From Phycisphaeraceae bacterium (lineage in GTDB: Bacteria; Planctomycetota; Phycisphaerae; Phycisphaerales; Phycisphaeraceae), in the NCBI GenBank assembly GCA_963674705.1, contig OY771506.1, positions 3,104,001 through 3,168,000 of the forward strand: DNA of 64,000 nt. The letters run 5' to 3'. Shown piece after piece: positions 56,754 to 64,000 of the stretch. The position numbers were made by a program, and so were the translations under genes. Within the stretch, counting starts at the first letter, position 1, and every line of letters begins with the position of its first letter. The notes under the pieces are model-generated. The model ran no database searches. It was not told where the DNA came from and saw only the letters and a program-made list of their open reading frames with translations.

Positions 56754-57656
56754 ATGAGTGTGAATGACGAAACAACGCGAAGTGGCGGCTGGGCGCTTGG
56801 GATTGATATCGGCGGGTCGAGTGTGAAGCTGGCGCTTGTTTGTGAGGGCAGTGAGCCGCACACGATGCGGGGCGATCCTTACGAGATGCCGACGCTTGAG
56901 GTGTTGACGTCGCGGATACGGCAGACGTTTGATGCGTTGTTGGAAAAGTCGGGGGTTGGGCGCGGGGCGGTGGTGCGTGTGGGTGTGTCGGTGGCGGGGC
57001 CGATGAATAAGGCCGGTGTGCTGGAGGGGGCGGCGAATCTGCCGCACCTGGTGGGCATGTCGATTCCGCAGTGGACAGAAGAGACGCTGGGACTGGGCGT
57101 GCCGGTAAGGCCTGCAACGGATGCGAACTCGGCGGCGGCGTGCGAGCATCGACGTAACCCGATGCCGGGGCGGACGCTGTATTTATCGATGGGGACGGGC
57201 GTCGGTGGAGCGGTACTCGATGATGGGCGGCCGGTGATTATCACGCGCGGCACGAGCGGGCACTTCGGGCATATGGATGTATCGGGCGGCGAAGCGGATG
57301 CGCCTGCGACGCCGGGCGCGGGACGCGGCGCGTTGGAAGCGTATGTTGGATTTCGAACGCTTGAAGCGGACGGCGTGCCGGTTGCATCGGATGAAAGGTT
57401 TGAGCATCCGACGATGAAGCGAGCGCTGGCGGCGTTAGCGAGGGGGATTCGGATTTTACTAGCGCTATATCGGCCGGACCATATCGTGCTGATGGGCGGG
57501 ACGGTGGCGATCTATGAACCGGCGCTCGATCAGGTCAAAGCGATGGCCAACGAGAGCGTGACGAAAGCAGCGCCGGAAAACTGGACGCTGACCGTAGGCG
57601 GGGCGGACAACTTTGCGGCCGCGATCGGGACCGCGACGCTGGCGATGATTGATTGA
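56754..57656 (+). CDS. ROK family sugar kinase (atypical)
   Basis: GIDIGGS, DANSAA, MGTGVGGAV, GHFGH; no N-terminal HTH. Confidence 0.88.
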   Translation: MSVNDETTRSGGWALGIDIGGSSVKLALVCEGSEPHTMRGDPYEMPTLEVLTSRIRQTFDALLEKSGVGRGAVVRVGVSVAGPMNKAGVLEGAANLPHLVGMSIPQWTEETLGLGVPVRPATDANSAAACEHRRNPMPGRTLYLSMGTGVGGAVLDDGRPVIITRGTSGHFGHMDVSGGEADAPATPGAGRGALEAYVGFRTLEADGVPVASDERFEHPTMKRALAALARGIRILLALYRPDHIVLMGGTVAIYEPALDQVKAMANESVTKAAPENWTLTVGGADNFAAAIGTATLAMID

Positions 57657-57667
57657 ATCACGAGAAG

Positions 57668-57962
57668 TTCACCGCAGAGAGCGCTGAGGGCGCGGAGAAA
57701 GACAGGAAGAAGTAACAGGGATGGACACGGATAAACACGGATGTTTATGCTGTTGGCATCTGCATCTTGTATTGAATCTGTGTTGATCCGTGTTAATCAC
57801 TTTTTTGTGGTTGTATCTTGTTGGTTCTAGATTGAGGATATTCACTGCGGAGGGCGCTGAGAAAGACTATTAAGAACAGAAAAGGATGAACACATCTAAC
57901 CGTGTTCATCCTTATTCATTTTTTCTTCTCTTCTCTGTACCCTCTGCGATCTCTGCGGTGAA
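57668..57962. repeat. Nested inverted-repeat element between convergent genes
   Basis: Outer 32-bp arms (27/32 complementary) enclose two further hairpins and a partial second left arm. Confidence 0.8.
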
Positions 57963-57973
57963 ACGCTTTCAGA

Positions 57974-60217
57974 TCATCCGCCGTTGCCGGCTTTATCCAA
58001 AGGTTGGGTTGCCTTGGCGTCGGCGGGGATGCTCAGGGGGGCGGTGCGGTTGTTGTCGTGGTATTGGATGGCTTGCTGTTGCAGACGCATGCGTTCGGCG
58101 AAGTCGTCCATCAGGTACCAGTCGCGCCAATCGGTGATGCCGGCGGCCTTGGCGGAGGCGGGGTCGATGACGCGGCCCTGCTTGATTTGTCCGGTTTCAG
58201 GATCGATGCCACCGCCACCGAGCGTGATGGGCTTGCCTGTCTTGAAGGCGAGGCGGTAGGCGTGTTCGACGTCGGTCAGGCCGTCCTTCTTGACGCTGAC
58301 GTCAACCTGCGGTTGCGTATCTTCCGCGGCCAGCGCGTGGATGTTGCTGTTAATGGGTTCTTCGTAGAGCGGCTGCGGTTCGTCGGCGATCGGCTTGGCA
58401 GCGATCACGGGTTCGGGGCCGGTGGAACCGCTTGAGGTCAGGCGCGTGTCGGTCAGGCCGGCCTGGATTTCGCGGCGGATGGTGGAACGCATCTCGTCCA
58501 TGCCGGTGATCGACTTGGATCGGATCTCACGCAGAACCTGACGCATGGCGTCGCTGTCTTCGCCGAGGTCTGCCTTGGCGAGCATGTCGTAGATCTGATC
58601 GAGACGTGTATCCGCGGCTTCCTGTGCAAGCAGGGCGAGGCGAAGTTGTTCGATCAATTCCTGGCTGGTATCGGTCTGTTGTGAAGCGTTATCCAGCGAG
58701 CTTGCGATCTGCTCGAGCAGCGGCCGCGTGGTGTTCAGTTCTTCGGTGACAGCCTTGACGACCGAGTCGGCCAGCTCTTGCGAGGACGGCGCGGTTTGTA
58801 GTTTGAGCGCCAGTTCGTTGAGCAGCTTGACCGATTCGGGGCTTTGCCCGCCGGTTTCGATCTGCTTGACCGCGGCGAGGACCTTATCGATGTCTTCCTG
58901 CGTGGTCAGCTTACCGAGGACGGCATCGACGGCGGCAGCGGTTTCACTCGGCTGAGCGCGGATGAGCGTGCTGATCTGCTCAAGCTGCTCATCCGTCTTG
59001 TCCTGACGGGCGAAGGCCTGGCTGATCATCTGCTCGGTGGCGCTACTTTGTTCGGCGAGCGCTTCACGCAGCGGGGTGATCAGGGCTTGCGTATCGGGGT
59101 TGTCGGATAGTTGGCCTTCGATGCGGGCCAGCAGTTCGTTGGTTTTTTCCTGCTCTTGAGCGAGCGCGGTGCGGACCTGGCTTGCGACCTGGTCGGCCGT
59201 CGGGCGGGCCTGCAGTTCGGTGACGATCGCTTCGAGTTGATCGAGGATGTCAGCGTCGAGGTCCGGTCGGGCCTGTGCGAGTTCGATCTGATCACGCAGG
59301 GCGTTGAGCGCTTTTTCGTTCGCCTGAGCGGTGGAAGCAACGGCCTGGAGTTCCGGCAACAGCAGGGCGGCCTGGTCCTGCTGGTTCTGCATGGTGTCCT
59401 CGACCTTGGCAAGCGCTTGCCACTGATCGGATTGCGATTCCATACTGGCGAGGATGGTATCGAGCGTGGTCATGCTCGAGTTGTGCATTTCCGCAAGGGC
59501 GGTCTGGATATCGTTGAGCAGGACGCCGTTGCCTTTTTGCGACTGGACCGATGCAAGGATTTCTTTGAGCACGGGTGTGCTGCTTGAGTTCAGCGATGCT
59601 ACTTCGTTATAGATTTCATCGGTGCGATCAGCCAGGGCGAGCTGCGATTCGGTAGCCTTGGTCTGCGCGTCGACGGCGGCGAGCTGCGCTTCGGTCGCGC
59701 TTTGCTGAGCGGCGCTGGCAGAGCGGACGTCGTCACGGATCGTCGTGCTGACGTTGCTGAGGTTCATGTAGAGGTAGGCGCTGCAACCGATGGCGAACGC
59801 GGCGGCGGCGAAACCGGCGGCGGTCGATGCGCGGGGGATGTACCAGCGCGTCTTGGGCATGTCACGCCAGACTTCACCGCGGCTGGGCTGATCACCGAGC
59901 AGTGCGGCGCGTTCGGCCTGCTCCGCGGGCATGCGTGCGACGACCAGTTCGGTCCGGCCGAGGCGTACACGGTCGCCATCGCGCAGCGGGGTCTTGCCCT
60001 GCGTGCGGATGCCGTTGACGAGTGTGCCGTGACGAGATGCGAGGTCGCGAACGGACCACGTGCCGCCTTCGCACTTGAAGCGTGCGTGCTGGCGCGAGGC
60101 TTTGCCGTCGCTGAGGCGCATGTCATTGCTTTCACGGCCGACGATGATGGTCTGGTCGTCGGACCATTCGTATATCCGGCCCTTATCCGGGCCCTCGGAA
60201 ACGATGAGGATCAGCAC
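57974..60217 (-). CDS. FHA domain - TM - long coiled-coil protein
   Basis: GRE...ASRQHARF...DLASRHGTLVNG FHA motifs; hydrophobic helix; about 430 aa of Q/L/A/E-rich helix. Confidence 0.85.
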   Translation of the reverse strand: MLILIVSEGPDKGRIYEWSDDQTIIVGRESNDMRLSDGKASRQHARFKCEGGTWSVRDLASRHGTLVNGIRTQGKTPLRDGDRVRLGRTELVVARMPAEQAERAALLGDQPSRGEVWRDMPKTRWYIPRASTAAGFAAAAFAIGCSAYLYMNLSNVSTTIRDDVRSASAAQQSATEAQLAAVDAQTKATESQLALADRTDEIYNEVASLNSSSTPVLKEILASVQSQKGNGVLLNDIQTALAEMHNSSMTTLDTILASMESQSDQWQALAKVEDTMQNQQDQAALLLPELQAVASTAQANEKALNALRDQIELAQARPDLDADILDQLEAIVTELQARPTADQVASQVRTALAQEQEKTNELLARIEGQLSDNPDTQALITPLREALAEQSSATEQMISQAFARQDKTDEQLEQISTLIRAQPSETAAAVDAVLGKLTTQEDIDKVLAAVKQIETGGQSPESVKLLNELALKLQTAPSSQELADSVVKAVTEELNTTRPLLEQIASSLDNASQQTDTSQELIEQLRLALLAQEAADTRLDQIYDMLAKADLGEDSDAMRQVLREIRSKSITGMDEMRSTIRREIQAGLTDTRLTSSGSTGPEPVIAAKPIADEPQPLYEEPINSNIHALAAEDTQPQVDVSVKKDGLTDVEHAYRLAFKTGKPITLGGGGIDPETGQIKQGRVIDPASAKAAGITDWRDWYLMDDFAERMRLQQQAIQYHDNNRTAPLSIPADAKATQPLDKAGNGG

Positions 60218-60336
60218 AGTTATGCTCCTGGACTAATGAGCGTTGAGTCCAATAATTAGCGGTCCAATAATGTATGTCGGAGAGGGGATTTACGCAAGAA
60301 TTGCGCGGTAAATGAACCTGATTCAGCCGGTATTTT

Positions 60337-61173
60337 TCAGACAATGCCGACGACGTAGGCGACCCAATCCTCCCGGGCGGGCAGCTTTTCGACGGGCTTG
60401 TACTTGCCATCGCTGGTGCCGGTGTCGGGATCGAAGGTGTCGCACCACACGCCGACACTTCTAAACCCTGATTTTGACATAATTTCGACCAATTCGGGCA
60501 GGGTCCAGAGCCGCCAGTTGTAGCGGAAGGCGTTTTCGAAGCGATGGCCGTCGGACAGGGTGAAGTGGATACGGCAGTCCGTGCGGTGGGTCAGGGCGTC
60601 GAAGCTGCGCTGCTCCCAGTGGTACTCGAAGCCCCGGTCGGTCTCGTCGTATTCGTTTTCAGGGGGGACGTGGCGGGACTGAGTGCCGACACGCATCGCG
60701 CCGGGGCCGCCATAGGCATCCATGACGAAGATGCCACGCTTTTTCAGGCCACGGTAGGCGTTGACGAAGTATTCGGCTAGTTCGTCCCGATCGTGGTAGA
60801 TGAAGGTGCTGAAGTTCAGGGCACAGGTGATGTCGACGCGAGGCTCGTAGAGGTCCATGACGTCGGCCTCGACGATGTGCAGGTAGATGTTGTCGGTGCC
60901 CAGTTCCTTGAGGGCGGTGCGCTGTGCCCAGCGGACGGTCGGGCCGTGCTTCTCGATGGCCATGGCTTCGTAGTTATCGCGCAAGTTGACCCACATGCTC
61001 GAAAGCGCACAGGTGCCGGCAAAATCCTCACGCAAGAGCTTTGCGCCGTAGATCGAGTAGTGCTCGTACACGCGCTGTAGAAAGGTAACTTCAGCGAGCG
61101 GGTGCTGGACAGCCCGGCGATAAAGTTCGAGCTTGTGCGGGCGACGTTTGCGTGGGGCTTTTTTACTTTTCAC
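60337..61173 (-). CDS. Class I SAM-dependent methyltransferase
   Basis: LY..AVQ.P, LREDFAGT motif I variant, DITCALNFS, YNWRLWTLPEL. Confidence 0.8.
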   Translation of the reverse strand: MKSKKAPRKRRPHKLELYRRAVQHPLAEVTFLQRVYEHYSIYGAKLLREDFAGTCALSSMWVNLRDNYEAMAIEKHGPTVRWAQRTALKELGTDNIYLHIVEADVMDLYEPRVDITCALNFSTFIYHDRDELAEYFVNAYRGLKKRGIFVMDAYGGPGAMRVGTQSRHVPPENEYDETDRGFEYHWEQRSFDALTHRTDCRIHFTLSDGHRFENAFRYNWRLWTLPELVEIMSKSGFRSVGVWCDTFDPDTGTSDGKYKPVEKLPAREDWVAYVVGIV

Positions 61174-63188
61174 TTGCCGACCTCCGCTTCTTCTTCTGCC
61201 GGGTTAGCCGGGTGTGTTTGTGCCTGGACCATCTCGCGATACTTACCACTACGAGACATCAATTCTTCATGTCGGCCGTGCTCGATGATCTGGCCGTGAT
61301 CCATGACGAGGATCTGATCGGCGTGTGTAATGGTACTGAGTCTGTGTGCGATGACGAAACTCGTGCGGTCTTTCATGAGGTTTCGCAGGCTGGATTGGAT
61401 AAGCCGTTCGCTTTCGGTGTCGAGGTTGCTGGTGGCTTCATCGAGGATGAGGATACGCGGTTTAGCAAGCAGGGCACGTGCGATGGCGAGTCGTTGTCGC
61501 TGCCCGCCGGAGAGTTTGACGCCGCGTTCGCCGATCCACGTCTCGTAAGTATTAGGCAGCGTGTCGATGAAAGCGTCGGCGTTCGAGAGTCGTGCTGCCT
61601 CGGTGATTTCCTCTTGTGTCGCGCCTCGCCGGCCGTATGAAATGTTGTCAGCAACCGTGCCGTCGAAGAGGAAGATGTCCTGTTCGACGATAGCGAGTAA
61701 AGCGCGATAGCTTTCGACGTGGACGTCGCGCAGGTCGTGGCCGTCGACGCTGACGCTGCCGTCAACCGGATCGTAGAAGCGAGCGATCAGGTTGCAGAGT
61801 GTTGTCTTGCCCGCACCGCTTGGTCCGACGAGCGCGACGATCTGCCCGGGTTCAGCGGTGAAGCTGACATCGGTCAGTGCGGGCACCGGCGCCTTGGGGT
61901 AGGTGAAGCAGACGTTGTTCATCTCGACGCGGCCGTGTACGGATTCAGGCCGGAGCACGACCATGTCGGGTTTGGCCGGGCTTTCAAGGGGCTCTTCCAT
62001 CAAATCGAGCACACGATCGAGCCCGGCCAGCGACGTCTGGAAACCTGCGGCGCTGGACGCGAGCATGGCAAGCGGTTGCAACAGGCTCGCGAGGTACCAG
62101 ATGAACATGAACAGGTCGCCGACGGTCAACGCTTTGTTAGCTGCGAGTGTGCCTGCGGCGACGGCGGCGCGGTCGTTGATGATTCGGACGCCGGCGTAAT
62201 ACAGCACCGCCGCGAGCGCGATGGGGATAAGCATCCGCCAGACGATGTCGATCGCACGGTTCCACCACCAGCCGAGCAGTTCCTGCCGCGTCATGAAGTG
62301 TGTATCGGTGGCGAAGTTGGTTACCTCGGTGCGTTCTCTACCGAAGGTGCGCACGACGCGCACGCCGCCGAACGCTTCGGTGACCCTCGCATCGATATGC
62401 GAACGTGTAGCTCGGATGTCGCGCCACAGCGGACGGATCCGACCGATCCATGTGCGGTGTGTCAGAAAAACAACCGGCAACAACACGACCGCACCGAGCA
62501 GTAGTTTCCACTCGGTAACAGCGAGGATGACGAGGATGCCGATGAGTTGGATGATCGCACCGGCGGGGTTATAGATCATGGAGAAGACAAGATCACCCAC
62601 ACCGCCGGCATCTTCACGGATGATGCTCGATGCGCCGCCTGACTTGAGTGAGAACACACGGTGCAACGGCAGCCTGACAGCGTGATCGAACACGCGCCGG
62701 CGCACATCGACACGCACGCGGTGTGTGATGCGCGTCGCTTGCCAGCGCCCCCAGACACGGATGAGGATTGAGCCGACATTTAATAAGACGACCGCGAGGA
62801 AGAGGAACAGCAATAGTGTTTTGGGATGCTCCTGCGAGGGGAACCATCTTGCAACTTTGCCGATGACGCCATCGCCGAAAGGCTGGCCGTCGATGACGTT
62901 ATCGATCGCGATCTTGGAGGCGACAGGCGGAATGAGATCGAGAAGTGTGGAGATGCTGAGCGTGATGACCGCGAGGAACAGTGCGAAGCGGTGACCGCGC
63001 AGCAGGGCGAAGAACATTTTGAAAAGTGTGAGGAAGCCGCGTGTGCGTTTACCGGTCAGTTGTCGGCCGCGCGGCACGCCATCGTGGCCGTGGGCTTTTT
63101 TCTCCGCGGCTTCGCCGTGTTTACGCCTGCGAGCGAAGTCTTCGCGGTAGGCGTGGTATTTTCGGTTGCTCGAACGTGGGGGACTCAT
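61170..63188 (-). CDS. ABC transporter fused permease/ATP-binding protein (exporter type)
   Basis: TM domain; GPSGAGKT, LSGGQRQR, ILDEATS, IAHRLST. Confidence 0.95.
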   Translation of the reverse strand: MSPPRSSNRKYHAYREDFARRRKHGEAAEKKAHGHDGVPRGRQLTGKRTRGFLTLFKMFFALLRGHRFALFLAVITLSISTLLDLIPPVASKIAIDNVIDGQPFGDGVIGKVARWFPSQEHPKTLLLFLFLAVVLLNVGSILIRVWGRWQATRITHRVRVDVRRRVFDHAVRLPLHRVFSLKSGGASSIIREDAGGVGDLVFSMIYNPAGAIIQLIGILVILAVTEWKLLLGAVVLLPVVFLTHRTWIGRIRPLWRDIRATRSHIDARVTEAFGGVRVVRTFGRERTEVTNFATDTHFMTRQELLGWWWNRAIDIVWRMLIPIALAAVLYYAGVRIINDRAAVAAGTLAANKALTVGDLFMFIWYLASLLQPLAMLASSAAGFQTSLAGLDRVLDLMEEPLESPAKPDMVVLRPESVHGRVEMNNVCFTYPKAPVPALTDVSFTAEPGQIVALVGPSGAGKTTLCNLIARFYDPVDGSVSVDGHDLRDVHVESYRALLAIVEQDIFLFDGTVADNISYGRRGATQEEITEAARLSNADAFIDTLPNTYETWIGERGVKLSGGQRQRLAIARALLAKPRILILDEATSNLDTESERLIQSSLRNLMKDRTSFVIAHRLSTITHADQILVMDHGQIIEHGRHEELMSRSGKYREMVQAQTHPANPAEEEAEVGK

Positions 63189-63213
63189 ACAGCTAGATGA
63201 TAGCGGGGATATG

Positions 63214-63241
63214 AGGGTTTAGGGTGTAGGGTTTAGGGTGA
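63214..63241. repeat. Heptamer tandem repeat (AGGGTTT/AGGGTGT)x4
   Basis: Four units directly upstream of the ABC transporter start. Confidence 0.7.
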
Positions 63242-63304
63242 AGAGCGTGGATCGCTAAAGCGACCACGCTGAAGAATATGAGAAGCGTGTGGAATTGGAT
63301 AGGG

Positions 63305-64000
63305 TCAGCCTGCTGCGCTGTCGGCGTTGGCGGGTTGGGGCTGCTGTTTGGGTTCGCCTTTGGAGCCGCCGCCGGGGTAGGCGATGCGGCCGTGGTAGAC
63401 GGCGCAGAGTGTCTTGACGATGGATTTTTCGATGCGGTGCAGCTCGCTGAGCGTGAGGTTGCACTCATCGAACTGGCCGTCCATCAAGCGCTTTCGGGCC
63501 ATGTTGTTGACGACCTGCTCAAGGCGGACGGGCGTCGGTTCGGGCAATGCACGTGCAGCACCTTCGATACCGTCACACAATAGCATGATGGCCGCTTCCT
63601 TGGTCTGCGGTTTAGGACCGGGGTAGCGGAACTCGAACTCGCTGGGTTCGGGCTTATCCTGCTCGGACGTCTGCTTCTTGGCTGCGTGATAGAAGTACTC
63701 GACGAGCGTCGTGCCGTGGTGCGACTCGATGAAGTGCCGCAGCGTCGGGGGCAGGCCGTACTCGCGCGCCATCTCGATGCCGTCCTTGACGTGACCGACG
63801 ATGATCAGCAGTGACATGGCGGGGGTGAGTTTGTCGTGCCGGTTGGGGCCGCCGCCCTGGTTTTCGATGAAGTACATCGGTTTGTTGATCTTCCCGATGT
63901 CGTGATACATCGCGCCGACGCGGCAGAACAGGCCGTCGGCGCCGATGGTGTCGGCGGCGGCTTCGGCCATGTCCGCAATACGCAGTGAATGCTGATAGGT
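63305..64000 (-). CDS. HD/HDIG phosphohydrolase (PgpH-like 7TM-HD family), C-terminal part; start lies outside the window
   Basis: Frame is open to the window edge: TYQHSL...YHDIGK...FIENQ...HHGTT...FRYPGPKPQTKEAAI. Confidence 0.9.
   Translation of the reverse strand, partial: TYQHSLRIADMAEAAADTIGADGLFCRVGAMYHDIGKINKPMYFIENQGGGPNRHDKLTPAMSLLIIVGHVKDGIEMAREYGLPPTLRHFIESHHGTTLVEYFYHAAKKQTSEQDKPEPSEFEFRYPGPKPQTKEAAIMLLCDGIEGAARALPEPTPVRLEQVVNNMARKRLMDGQFDECNLTLSELHRIEKSIVKTLCAVYHGRIAYPGGGSKGEPKQQPQPANADSAAG

Noticed and set aside
1..64000. Defence systems, diversity-generating retroelement, prophage, IS elements, tRNA/rRNA
   Set aside because: No reverse transcriptase, integrase, transposase, phage structural or recognisable defence genes, and no tRNA/rRNA signatures were seen.

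Overview
GC-rich bacterial chromosomal segment, most likely from a planctomycete of class Phycisphaerae. This is inferred from the DUF1559-type prepilin, the 'GFVGLDDLDIVL' dockerin-like + PEP-CTERM tails, the CxxCGYDL zinc-ribbon membrane proteins and the extended PilM. The left ~27 kb is cell-envelope and accessory: a truncated repeat-rich secreted protein; an ECF sigma / anti-sigma-vWA / giant 2181-aa membrane protein operon; three PEP-CTERM surface proteins (endonuclease I, M14 carboxypeptidase, PstS-like); a prepilin; and a pilM-led type IV pilus alignment operon with Gly/Tyr/Met repeats. The middle is housekeeping (rseP, dxr, rne/rng, ptsI, metK, fumC, mnmG, zwf, pgl). The right part has an amidase / GntR-LacI / Na:solute symporter / ROK cluster, an FHA coiled-coil protein, a methyltransferase, an ABC exporter and a truncated HD phosphohydrolase. 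No rRNA, tRNA, CRISPR array, transposase or integrase was recognised. Several small palindromic elements are present (REP doublets, heptamer and nonamer inverted repeats), some inside coding sequence, and G/C skew flips near 50 kb. The best candidate for an undescribed system is the ECF operon at 1911-12504. Its anti-sigma carries pilus-like parts, and its partner is an internally duplicated giant protein with a mid-chain lipoprotein signal. All family assignments are by motif recognition, not database searches.
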